NCBI GenBank assembly: GCA_963796215.1
Contig: CAWCKU010000012.1
Location: 35,049 to 99,048, forward strand
DNA: 64,000 nt
Direction: 5' to 3'
Origin: an uncultured delta proteobacterium
GTDB taxonomy: Bacteria; Desulfobacterota; Desulfobaccia; Desulfobaccales; 0-14-0-80-60-11
Below, piece after piece: positions 21,201-31,448 of this stretch. The notes below the pieces were generated by a model. That model saw only the letters and a list, made by a program, of their open reading frames with translations, was not told the DNA's origin and did not search any database. A program made the translations under genes and the position numbers. The first letter of the stretch is position 1; every line of letters begins with the position of its first letter.

Positions 21201-22708
21201 TCCCTCCGGGAATCAGAAACCAAGTACCACTTCTTGATCGATAACCTCAGTGATGGGATTATCTTGGCTGATCTCGACGGCAACATCATGGATACGAACC
21301 GGAAAATTGAGGAATTACTGGATTACAGCAAGGTAGAACTCTTATGTATGAACATTACTCAAATTCACCCGGAAGAAGACTTGCAGAAATTAATGGCTGA
21401 CTTTCAAGAAGGGGTGCGATCGGGAGGAGGTAATGTCTCAACCGCTAGGATACTGCGCAAAGACAAGACAAAGATCCCGATTGAGATAAGCGGCCGGAGG
21501 ATTGAATTTGGCGGAAAAACTATGATGCAGGGGGTCTTTCGAGATATCAGCGAGCGGCAGAAAGCCGAAGAAGAGCGTTTGCGCTTCAGCAAACTGGAGT
21601 CCATGTCTACCCTGGCTGGCGGTATTGCCCACGACTTCAACAATATTCTTACTGCCATCCTGGGGAATATTGGCCTGGCCATGCTGGATAGCAAGAAAGA
21701 ACCCCAGGTTCAGGATAGGCTGGCTCAGGCAGAACAGGCTTGCCTACGGGCGCAAGCCTTGTCTCGGCAACTACTCACCTTTGCCAAGGGTGGGGCACCG
21801 ATTAAAAAGATTGTTTCTATTGCTAATTTACTAAAAGAGTCAGCTAATCTAACGTTATCCGGTTCCAAGTCTCGCCATGAAGTGTCAATCCCTGACGATC
21901 TCTGGTCAGTGGAAGCCGATGAAGGACAGATCAATCAAGTTATCAGCAACTTGCTGATAAATGCCGATCAGGCCATGCCAGAGGGTGGAGTTATCAAGAT
22001 AACCGCGGAAAATATGTTAGTGAAAGCAGAATCGAATTTACCTTTATCAGGGGGGAAATATGTTAAGTTTGCCATCGCCGATCAAGGGATTGGCATCTCC
22101 CCAAAATATTTAGATAAAATATTTGACCCATATTTTAGTACCAAGCAAAAGGGTAGCGGATTGGGCCTGGCGACGGCCTATTCAATTATTAAAAATCATT
22201 CCGGACACATTCAAGTAGAATCCCAAATAGGAGTTGGTGCCACTTTTCATGTCTATCTCCCAGCCACAGACAAAGGAGTTCCTGCTGAATCAGTAGCGGT
22301 AAAACCGGCTATGGGGCAAGGGAAAGTCCTGATAATGGACGATGAAGCAATGGTCAGGGAAGTTTTAGGCAGGATGTTGAGCCGCTTGGGCTACGAGGTG
22401 GATTTTGCCAGCGATGGCTCCCAGGCCATTGAAAAATTTGTCCGAGCCCAGGCAGAGGGGCGGCCATTTACTGCGGTAATCCTTGATCTGACTGTTCCTG
22501 GCGGCATGGGGGGCAAAGATGCCATAAAGGAACTGCTTAAGATCGATCCCCAGGTGAAAGCCATAGTTTCCAGTGGTTATTCCGAAGACCCGATTATGGC
22601 TGATTTTAAAAAATATGGGTTCAGCGAAGTCATTGCAAAGCCTTATAGAGTTGTAGGATGAGCAAAATCCTGCAGGGACTTATTACAAAATGTGTCAATA
22701 AAAGATAA
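18232..22708 (+). CDS. Large cytoplasmic multi-PAS hybrid histidine kinase with C-terminal REC, split by several frameshifts
   Basis: Successive ORFs (18220, 18561, 18896, 19307, 20991) carry contiguous PAS/PAC repeats (DITERK), AHDFNN, GSGLGL and REC; breaks near 18410, 18950, 19160, 19280, 20975, 22658. Confidence 0.85.
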
Positions 22709-22841
22709 CTGCTATGATTCTGGACTTATCAAGCCGCGGAAAATTCAACCTATTCAATACTTATCAATGCTTTTCGACCTGCACTTTAACCTGGATTCCA
22801 TCCCACTTTTCATATGGCAGAGTTTTGAAGGAGGATGAATA

Positions 22842-23012
22842 GTGCTAATCCTTACTCGAAAGGTGGACGAGGCCGTTGTTATTGGAGACTACATAAAAGT
22901 TACGCTCATTCAAATCCGTGGAAAGCAAGTCCGTTTGGGAATTGAGGCTCCGCCTGGCCTCTTGATATTAAGGGAAGAGGAAAAACTTTCTGAGAGGGCC
23001 AAAGGGAGATGA
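22842..23012 (+). CDS. csrA: Carbon storage regulator CsrA (56 aa; below the ORF-track cutoff)
   Basis: Manual translation MLILTRKVDEAVVIGDYIKVTLIQIRGKQVRLGIEAPPGLLILREEEKLSERAKGR; RBS AAGGAGG. Confidence 0.92.
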   Translation: MLILTRKVDEAVVIGDYIKVTLIQIRGKQVRLGIEAPPGLLILREEEKLSERAKGR

Positions 23013-23124
23013 GCCATTCCTAATACAAATCCATATTCTCAATTTTCCCAATCTCTAAAACTGCCTTCTTGAGTAACCAGTTATGGTTGAGGGTAGTGCA
23101 ACTTCCCAAAGAAGGAGCCCGGAA

Positions 23125-25805
23125 ATGATCCAGAAGGCGCTAAAAGTCCTGCTGATCGAAGACAACGAGGCCGACGTTGTCTCGCTGCGCTATTGTTTGG
23201 TGCAATCTCCTTTGGCCCAGGTAAAAATCGAACCTTGCCCAAATCTCGCCGAGGCCTTGAAGCATCTGAGTGATGAGAATGCCGATGTCGACGTTATTTT
23301 GTTGGATCTCGGGTTGCCCGATAGCAAGGGCCTTGAAACCTTTGCCAGGGTTCATCAAAAAGCGCCCCATATTCCCATCGTAATTCTGTCCGGCCTGAGC
23401 GATGAAAGCCTGGCAATTCAGGCTGTCCGGCAAGGCGCCAGGATTATCTAGTAAAAAATTTGGTTAATGGGGACTTGTTGATGCGGGCTCTGCACTATTC
23501 GGTGGAGCGTAAGCGGGCTGAAAAGGCGCTGTGGCAGAGCGAGGAGAAATATCGTTTACTGGTCGATCAGGTCACGGCGGTGCTGTTTCACGGCTTTGTA
23601 GATTGGAGTGTCGATTTCTTCAACAATAAAATAGAATCTCTAACCGGATTTCGTAAGGAGGAGTTTGATTCTCGAGAAATCAAATGGTGTGACCTGATCC
23701 TCCCGGAAGACCTTGATAATGCGCGGCAAATCTTCATAGATGCCCTAAAGACAGACAAATCTTACGTGCGGGAATACCGCATCAGGAGAAAGGATGGAGA
23801 GATTCGCTGGGTTCATTGTCGGGGGCGGATATTCTGTGATGCCAAAGGAGATATTGAGTTCATCAGCGGGGTAACCTTTGACATCACCGAGCGCAAGCAG
23901 GCAGAGGAGGCTTTACGTAAATATAAGTTCATAGCCAACACCGCCAAAGACTGCATGACGTTGATCAACCGCAATTACATTTATGAGGCGGCCAATGCCG
24001 CTTTTTGCCAGGCGCACGGCAAGACCCGGGAAGAAGTGGTGGGAACCAGCCTGGCCAACATTTGGGGGGAAGATAGATTTAAAAATAACATCAAAGGATA
24101 TCTCGACCGATGTTTTACCGGCCAGGCGGTGGACTCCGAAGGCTGGTTTGAATTCGGGAAGAGGGGCAGGGGGTGCTATCATGTCTTTTACACACCATAT
24201 TTTAATGAGGACGGGACGGTGGCTTACGCCGCGGTGGTGAGCCACGACATCACAGACCGGAAGAGGGATGAGAAAGCACTGCGGCAGAGCGAGGCGAAAT
24301 ATCGCCAGTTGGTCCAGCAAATCCCCATGGTGGTTTACAAAGGGTATACAGATTGGAGCCTGGAATGCTTCGACCAAAAGGTTGAGGAAATAACCGGCTA
24401 TTCCATGGAAACATTTAATACTCGTCAGAAAACCTGGCTGGACTTGATACTTCCGGAAGACGTGGATCAGACCAAAAAACTTTTTAAAGCAGCCCTGAAA
24501 GGTGATGGCTCTTATGTCAATGAGCACCGCATCCGCAAGAAAACGGGGGAGGTTCGCTGGATCCAGGCCAGAAACCGGATAATCCGCGATGCTGCCGGGA
24601 AAGTGGATTATATCAGCGGGGTCTTTTTCGATATCAGCCAGCGCAAGAGCCTGGAGGATCAGTTTCTCCAGGCGCAAAAAATGGAAGTGGTCGGCAACCT
24701 GGCTGGGGGGGTCGCCCACGACTTCAACAACCTTCTAAGTGCCATTATGGGTTATGCTGAACTCATAAAAATTGGGATGAACGAGGCTGACCCGTGTCTC
24801 GATTATGTTGAAGAGACGATGAATGCTGCGCAACGGGCTGCGGCGCTGACCCGTCAGCTTTTGGCCTTTAGCCACAGACAAATACTGCAACCTCAAGTAA
24901 TCAATTTAAACTTTGTGATTAGTGACTTGGGGAAAATGCTTCGGCGCCTTATCAACGAAAACATTGAGCTGACCACCGTTCTTGACCCGGAATTGGCATT
25001 AACGAAAGCCGATCCTGGTCAAATCGAACAGGTACTGATGAACCTGGTAATTAATGCGAGTGATGCAATGCCCTCAGGGGGAAACCTTACTATTAGAACC
25101 GGCAATATCTATCTAGACAATTCCTTGCCCCTTAAAAGTCCGTGGCCCTTGCCAGGCAATTACGTGGTGTTGATGGTGAGTGATACTGGGATGGGTATGG
25201 ATGCCGAAATACTTTCCCACGTCTTCGAACCATTCTTTACCACCAAGAAATTTGGCAAAGGCACTGGGCTGGGCCTGTCCACGGTTTATGGGATTGTCAA
25301 GCAGAGTGGAGGCTATATTGAGGTGGACAGCAATCCGGGGATGGGGACAACCTTCAAAATCTATCTGCCTCAGTTCGAGGGAGCTTTACAACCAAAGGAA
25401 GAACTTACTCCCAGTGTGATTCCAAATGGTTCAGAAACCATTCTGCTGGTTGAAGATGATGAAGCTCTGAAGACCGCGACTACTAAGTATCTGGAAAAGT
25501 ATGGCTACTCGGTACTGCAAGCCAGGGATTTTAGTACGGCCATGAATATCTCTGAAAGACATGAAGGTCCAATCCATCTACTGCTGACAGATATAGTCAT
25601 GCCTCATCTAAGTGGACCTGAACTCTCCGAACTCATGGCCTCATTCCGCCCAGAGATGAAGGTAATCTATATGTCGGGCTATTCGGAGGCTCTGATTCTC
25701 GATCAGAAAGTATTAGATTATTCAGCTTTTCTCCAGAAGCCGTTCAAACCGATAGATCTGGTGCTGAAGATACGAGCCGTCTTGGACGATTCATCGGATA
25801 GATGA
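23125..25805 (+). CDS. REC-PAS-PAS-PAS-HisKA-HATPase-REC hybrid kinase, frameshift near 23445
   Basis: N-terminal REC ([10 protein letters not shown]...GA[QDYLVK]) continues into ORF 23460-25805 with AHDFNN and GTGLGL. Confidence 0.9.
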
Positions 25806-26127
25806 CAACTCGACCCTGTCCTTAAAAGAAAAGATTTACCTCCACGGATTTGATCATAGATAGGCAGATCACTGCTATATCTTCGCACTTCACAACCCGA
25901 ATTTTGGCGTGCTGATATGCTCAGCATAACTGTGCTTCAGATCATGCCATTTTTTAATTTTTGCCCTCAATGTCGGATTTAATCTGATCTCGGTTTGATG
26001 ACTGTCAGCTCAAATATTAGTCATTACACCTAAACGGTACAATTTCCGCCCCCTTCCTTAGCACATCCAGAAATTCCGACCCAGCCATGCATCATCCGCC
26101 ACCGTTCCCACAGATGCTTTCATCTGA

Positions 26128-27351
26128 TTATGCCGGCTTTCTCCGGAGGAGAACAACTTTCTGCTCATTCGCCAGAGATTCAATGCATGCTCCCCACCAG
26201 TCCATCATCTTTTGACGCTCCTCCAAGTATTCAGACCTATGGTAGGCCGCCCGGACCTTGTTCCGCTCAACATGGGCGAGCTGGCGCTCGATAACATCCG
26301 GCCGGAAGCCGGTCTCATTCAGAATCGTGCTCGCCAGTGCCCGGAAGCCGTGCACGGTGGCGCGCTTGTGGTAGCCGAGCCGGTAGAGGGCGTAAAGGAG
26401 GGTATTTTCGGAGATGGGCTTTCCTTGGTCTCGCTGAGACGGGAAGAGTAAATCGCAGTGGCCGGTCAGCGGCCTGAGCTCTTCGAGGACAGTCATGGCT
26501 TGAGGCGATAAAGGGACAATGTGCGGCGACCGCATCTTCATGCGCTCTGCCGGGATGCGCCACTCCCCCTGATCGACATCGAATTCCTCCCAGCGGGCGC
26601 CCCGCAGTTCTCCAGTCCGGACGAAAGTCAGTACGATGAGCCTCAGAGCCAGCTTGGTGATAGATTCGCCGGAATAAGAATCGAGCTTCTTGAGGAAGTC
26701 CGGCAACTCACCCTGAGAGATTGTGGAACGGTGCTCCACCTTGCGGGTTTTCAGAACCCCCTTCATGTCTGCCGCCGGGTTGTAGGATGCCCGGCCGGTC
26801 TGGATGGCATAGCGGAAAATGGCACTGGTCCGCTGCAGGACCCGTGAGGCGACATCAAGGGCACCGCGGGACTCGACCGCCCGGATAACCTCCAGGACCA
26901 TCGGGGGGGTGATCTCCTTAACGGGTAGGTTGCCCAAGGCAGGGAAGGCGTCCTCCTCCAGGGAGGTCACCACCCGGCGAAGGTGTGACTCCGTCCAGCG
27001 GGCGCCGTATGTCCCGGCCCAATCCAGAGCAATCGCCCGGAAGGTATTCTCAACCTGCTTCCACTCGGCGCGCTTCTCCTTCTTTTTTGCGTCGCCCGGG
27101 TCAATGCCCTCCATCAACTGATTCCGGGCCTTGTCGCGCTCCTCCCGAGCCTTCTTTAGCGAGATGCCCTTGTCATAGCTCCCGAGTGCAAGAAGCTTTT
27201 CCTTCCCGCCGAAACGGTACTTTAGCCGCCAGAGCTTCGAACCGCCTGGCTGCACCAGCAAGAACAGGCCGCCGCCGTCGAAAAGCTTGTAGGGTTTGTC
27301 CGCTGGCTTGGCTTGCCGGATCTTGGGATCGGTCAGCTTATCGGTAGGCAT
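26128..27351 (-). CDS. P4/IntA-like tyrosine integrase with arm-binding domain
   Basis: KPYKLFDGGGLFLLV..GSKLWRLKYR; catalytic R (VRTGE), K, HGFR, LAH and Y (AAYHR) all present. Confidence 0.96.
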   Translation of the reverse strand: MPTDKLTDPKIRQAKPADKPYKLFDGGGLFLLVQPGGSKLWRLKYRFGGKEKLLALGSYDKGISLKKAREERDKARNQLMEGIDPGDAKKKEKRAEWKQVENTFRAIALDWAGTYGARWTESHLRRVVTSLEEDAFPALGNLPVKEITPPMVLEVIRAVESRGALDVASRVLQRTSAIFRYAIQTGRASYNPAADMKGVLKTRKVEHRSTISQGELPDFLKKLDSYSGESITKLALRLIVLTFVRTGELRGARWEEFDVDQGEWRIPAERMKMRSPHIVPLSPQAMTVLEELRPLTGHCDLLFPSQRDQGKPISENTLLYALYRLGYHKRATVHGFRALASTILNETGFRPDVIERQLAHVERNKVRAAYHRSEYLEERQKMMDWWGACIESLANEQKVVLLRRKPA

Positions 27352-27441
27352 AGGGTACCTCCTCATGCGTGGGAATCACACTTATTCCGGTTTCTATCCC
27401 ATTCGCCTTGTAACCCGCTCCCTACAAGGAAACAGGATTAA

Positions 27442-27499
27442 TTGGGGGTATTTTATATACCCCCAGCCCCATATACCCCCTATTCTACCCCCACATACC
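27442..27499. repeat. Probable integrase arm-binding sites (TACCCCC repeats)
   Basis: One inverted GGGGGTA and three direct TACCCCC copies between integrase and tRNA. Confidence 0.6.
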
Positions 27500-27605
27500 T
27501 TGGCTGTCAATGGAATTTACCGGACGATAACAGACAAAGAAAAGCCCGCAATCTATTGCCAGACGCGGGCTTTTGTAAGTCTAAAGATCAATTTGGATTA
27601 TCATG

Positions 27606-27692
27606 TGGTGCCGGAGGCCGGACTCGAACCGGCACAAGGTTGCCCTCGGAGGATTTTGAGTCCTCTGCGTCTACCAATTCCACCACTCCGGC
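27606..27692 (-). tRNA. tRNA-Leu(CAA)
   Basis: Reverse complement GCCGGAGTGGTGGAATTGGTAGACGCAGAGGACT[CAA]AATCCTC...GGTTCGAGTCCGGCCTCCGGCACCA; long variable arm. Confidence 0.97.
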
Positions 27693-27961
27693 GACAGAGA
27701 TATTTTAGCTTCCTTCCCCGTCCTTTGGCAAGGGGGCAGTGGAAAAAACCTGGCCGCTTGGCGCGGTTGGCAGGGTGGGCCCCCCTGTCCTCTCGCCCTG
27801 CGGCGGCCGGGGCTATCCACCTTGGCAGGCAAAAAAAAGCGGCGGAAACTCCTGCTTCCGCCGCCTTGGCCGGGCGCCCAAGGCGCCATGGCCTGAGGCG
27901 CCGCCCCACCGTGGCGCCTCTATCAGTAATCCGATTATTCCGGGGTATCGGGGCCAAGCCG

Positions 27962-28558
27962 TTAACGGCCGGGCCGGGAAACCGGAATCTCCCGGGGGGC
28001 CGAGGGGGTAAAAGGCGCCGTTTCCCCGGGTCCGCCGCCCTTGATACTCCGGGCTTCTTTCAGCAGTTTTCTTTGATACATGAGATAACGGGCCTGCTGG
28101 ACTGGGTTGAGCAAGGCATCCTCTTCCGCACCCTGCCGCGCCTGCAGCTCCTGCATCGCCTTTTGCTTCTGCTTGACGTTGGTCAAAATCGCCCTTATTT
28201 CCGGCTCCGACGGCGAGGGCTGCTCCATGAGCTGCTCCAGCCGCCGGTATTCGACCATGCTATCCCGGATCAATTGCTGCCTGACGGGCTTGTAGCGCTG
28301 CTCGATCTGCAGGAGCTGGTCCACGGTCTGTTGGTTCACTCCCAGGGCCGGCCCCATTTGGGTCCGTTTGATCTCCTGGAATTGAGCCTGGAAGCCCCCG
28401 CCCCTGCCGCTGCCGGGTTGGACCTGGGGTTGGACCTGGGGTCGGCCCATTGGTTGGCCCATGGGTGGTTGGCCCATGGGTTGGGCCAGGGCCCAGGTGG
28501 CCGAGGCCAGACCGGCCAGGATCAGGCCCAGGAAATGGCGGAGTACCTTGTTAGACAT
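27962..28558 (-). CDS. Periplasmic Spy/CpxP-like helical protein
   Basis: Signal peptide, Q/P/M/G-rich linker, helical hairpin ending LNPVQQARY (LTxxQ-like). Confidence 0.7.
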   Translation of the reverse strand: MSNKVLRHFLGLILAGLASATWALAQPMGQPPMGQPMGRPQVQPQVQPGSGRGGGFQAQFQEIKRTQMGPALGVNQQTVDQLLQIEQRYKPVRQQLIRDSMVEYRRLEQLMEQPSPSEPEIRAILTNVKQKQKAMQELQARQGAEEDALLNPVQQARYLMYQRKLLKEARSIKGGGPGETAPFTPSAPREIPVSRPGR

Positions 28559-29221
28559 GATCCATCCTTTTCATGCTGACTTAACTTTTTCAGAAAAGCT
28601 TCCCTTTCCTGCGGGGTCATCCCGGCCAGGGTCGAATCCAGGTCGTCCAGATCTTCTTCAGGGAACGCCTCGTCACCGCTGTTCCTGGCGACATTGACAA
28701 AATTTTGGGATTCCCCGAGGGCTTCGGCCGGGGCCTGGGGTGTGGCCGCCAGCTTCCGCGCCGGAGTGGCGCTTTCCTGTTTGGCTATTGCGGCCGGTGG
28801 CGCCGTAACGGCTGGGGCCGCGCTCTTGGCTACCTGCGGCGGCGGGGTCAGCCCGGGCCGCTCCGGGTTCAGGTAACCCACCGCCACCCAGAGGAGCAGC
28901 GCCGCCAGGGCCGGAGCCCCCACCAGGTAGGGAATCCGGCCCCACCAGACGGAACGGGCCGGGGCCATTTGCCCTGCCTGGTCGGCCCGCACCAGCTTCA
29001 GGTGCATTTCCCGGGAAAAGTCGGCCCAAAACTCCGGGCCGGGATCAGCCTTCGGGGCCGAGTGCGATGGCCTCCACCACTTCCCGCAGGGCCGCCTGCT
29101 CGGCACGGCAGGCGGGGCACCGGTCCAAATGGGCCTTGAGCCTTCCTTTCCAAAAGGCAGGCAGGTCACCCTCGGGGTACTCTGGTAGCCACCGCTGGAG
29201 AAGTGTGCATTGCCACTTCAT
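28522..29221 (-). CDS. Zinc-binding membrane anti-sigma factor, frameshift near 29065
   Basis: Manual N-terminus MKWQCTLLQRWLPEY...AHLDRCPAC (HxxxCxxC), then TM helix in ORF 28522-29169. Confidence 0.8.
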
Positions 29222-29774
29222 CTTCTTCCTCGCTCTTCATATTTTTCTTCAAGGTCTTCAAGGCCTGGCAGTAGTTCACCCGGGCCGCCCCCGGGGTCCC
29301 TCCCAGAACCTCGCTGATTTCCTGGTAAGAGAGGCCCTGTTCCACCTTCAGGGTGAGCACCGCCTGCTGTTTGGGGGGAAGCTTTTCCAGGGCGGCATAA
29401 ACCCGCCGGCGCTCATCCTGGGTTACCAATTCCTCTTCCGGGGAATCATCCTCCCCCACCAACACTACGTCATCACAATTCACCGGATCCCCAAACTTTT
29501 TCCGGTTTTTCAGAAAATTGTAGCATTGGTTAATGGCAATCCGGAACAGCCAGGTGCGGAACTGGGCATCTTGGCGAAAGCTCCGGATATGGATAAAGGC
29601 CTGCATGAAGGCCTGCTGCGCCAGATCCTTCGCCTCCTCCGGATCACTCACCATCCGGCACGCCAGCCCGTAAATCTCCCGCTGATACTTCTTCACCAAT
29701 TCTTCGAAGGCCGGGAGGTCGCCATTTTGAGCCTGGGCCACGAGCTGTGCGTCAGTCATGAGATCTCGTTTCAC
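29166..29774 (-). CDS. ECF sigma factor
   Basis: AFEELVKKYQ, EEAKDLAQQAF, FRTWLFRIAIN, region 4 GLSYQEI. Confidence 0.93.
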   Translation of the reverse strand: MKRDLMTDAQLVAQAQNGDLPAFEELVKKYQREIYGLACRMVSDPEEAKDLAQQAFMQAFIHIRSFRQDAQFRTWLFRIAINQCYNFLKNRKKFGDPVNCDDVVLVGEDDSPEEELVTQDERRRVYAALEKLPPKQQAVLTLKVEQGLSYQEISEVLGGTPGAARVNYCQALKTLKKNMKSEEEDEVAMHTSPAVATRVPRG

Positions 29775-29944
29775 CGGCTTTCATTAATTTAGACCCGATA
29801 GCCATGAAAATGTTAAATAGGGCTTTGCTAAATGGTCTGCAACCATTTCCAAATCCGGTTCTATTGGTAATATCGACCAGTCTTCATGACCCAAGGGCCA
29901 AAATGAAGCCTGAAAAGGTCTCACGCCAAGACGCGAAATCTTTT

Positions 29945-29972
29945 GTAGGGGCGGCTCGCGAGCCGCCCCTAC
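29945..29972. repeat. GTAG-family REP palindrome
   Basis: Perfect palindrome GTAGGGGCGGCTCGCGAGCCGCCCCTAC. Confidence 0.8.
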
Positions 29973-30051
29973 GTCGAACTTTCACATTAAGAGCTGACTG
30001 CTGACAGCTATTTATTATTATCCCTTATCCAACGGATCGGCTCAACCATAT

Positions 30052-31254
30052 TTATTCCGTCTCCCGCCCGGCTTGCTCCTGGCGCCGCTCCGACAGGCCA
30101 GTGGCGAACGGCAGGGCCAACACCGCGGTACCCAAGGCAGCCACCCCCGGCCAGCCGGCCAGGCTATAGGCATAGCCGCTCAGGGTGATGCCCGCCGCGC
30201 CCCCCAGGTAATAGGCCAGGACATAGAGGGAATTGGCCCGGCCCCGGCTGGAGGTGAGCTTGCGGTTCAAAGACCCGGCCGCCGCGGCGTGGATGGCGAA
30301 AAACCCGGCGCACACCAAGGCCAGGGCCGCCAGGATAGCCACCAGGGATTTGATCAGGGTCAGGGCCAGGGCCAGGGCAAAGACCAGAGAGCCCAAGACC
30401 ATGGTGCCGCCGTTGCCGATGCGATTGCTCAGGTTCCCGGCCACCGGACCGATAAAGACCCCGATGAGGTAGGAGAGATAAAGCAGGGTGATGAGCTGGG
30501 TGGAGGCGTGAAACGGCGCCCCGGAGAGATAGAACGGCAGGTAGTTGAACACCGACGAGAAGACGAAAAAGCCTCCAAAGGCCACCAGAAAGATGCGACG
30601 CAACTCCTGGTGGGAGAGCAGCGCCAGGAACCCTTCACCTTCGGTCTGGCCCTCCTCGGCCCGCCGGCCGGCCGGCAGCCGCCAGGCCGCCATGACGGTG
30701 GCCATGATCAGGAGAACGGCGGCGGTGATAAAGGCGTAACGCCAGTGCAGGGGCGGATGCAGCCAGCCGCCCAACAGGCGCCCCCCCAGGCCGCCGGCCA
30801 CGGTGGCGGAGACGTAAGAGCCCATGACCACGTTGAGCCGCTCGAGCGGCAGGTTGGCCGAGAGATAGGCCGCCAGGCAGGTGGTGAGGGCCGGCACGAA
30901 CAGCCCCTGGACAAAGCGGGCCGCCACCAGGAGGAGCAGGTTATTGGTGGCGGCGCAGCAGAGCCCCGCCGCGGCCACCACCGCGCCCCCCACCAGGATG
31001 AGGCGCCGCAATGGGAAACGGTCCGAAAGCCACCCGAAGGGGAGGTTGGCCAGCGAGATTCCCAGGATCACCGCCGACACGGTATAGGAGGCCTGGGAGG
31101 GGCTGACTCCGAATTCCTGCTGGATCACCGGCAAGACCGGCTGGGTGATATAGACGTTGCTGATGGCCGCGGCCACCAGCGCGAAGACCAGGGCCTGTAA
31201 ACCGAAAGTGCCGGGAATCTTCTTGCCGTTTTCTGTTTTGGGGGTATCGCTCAT
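30052..31254 (-). CDS. MFS transporter (YnfM/YbfB-like)
   Basis: Multi-TM; YITQPVLP, GWLSDRF, ARFVQG, FNYLPFYL, YYLGG. Confidence 0.9.
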   Translation of the reverse strand: MSDTPKTENGKKIPGTFGLQALVFALVAAAISNVYITQPVLPVIQQEFGVSPSQASYTVSAVILGISLANLPFGWLSDRFPLRRLILVGGAVVAAAGLCCAATNNLLLLVAARFVQGLFVPALTTCLAAYLSANLPLERLNVVMGSYVSATVAGGLGGRLLGGWLHPPLHWRYAFITAAVLLIMATVMAAWRLPAGRRAEEGQTEGEGFLALLSHQELRRIFLVAFGGFFVFSSVFNYLPFYLSGAPFHASTQLITLLYLSYLIGVFIGPVAGNLSNRIGNGGTMVLGSLVFALALALTLIKSLVAILAALALVCAGFFAIHAAAAGSLNRKLTSSRGRANSLYVLAYYLGGAAGITLSGYAYSLAGWPGVAALGTAVLALPFATGLSERRQEQAGRETE

Positions 31255-31448
31255 TGCTTGTTTTGGTAGCCGCAGGCTTTAGCCTGCGCCTGATAGGCAA
31301 GCCGCTAGACGTATGGGGGGGCCGTGCCCGCCGTAAATATGGCGGCCACAGGCCGCTCCATAACTCTTGAATAGGTGGGCGGGCCTCCGTGCCGGCCCAC
31401 CAGCGGATGGCCGGAAACGGCCATCCATCACCGGAACCGAAACCGGCT

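Larger units (their letters stand above)
14801..27605. mobile_element. Putative genomic island(s) between convergent tRNA-Lys and tRNA-Leu; left boundary uncertain
   Basis: P4-type integrase next to the tRNA-Leu 3' end, less GC-rich cargo, group II intron; no att duplication found by eye. Confidence 0.55.

Noticed and set aside
14801-26127. att direct repeat of the tRNA-Leu or tRNA-Lys 3' end
   Set aside because: None found by eye, so the island's left end is left uncertain; needs an exact search
27296-28579. 427-aa plus-strand ORF
   Set aside because: Crosses tRNA-Leu and opposite-strand genes and has no motif
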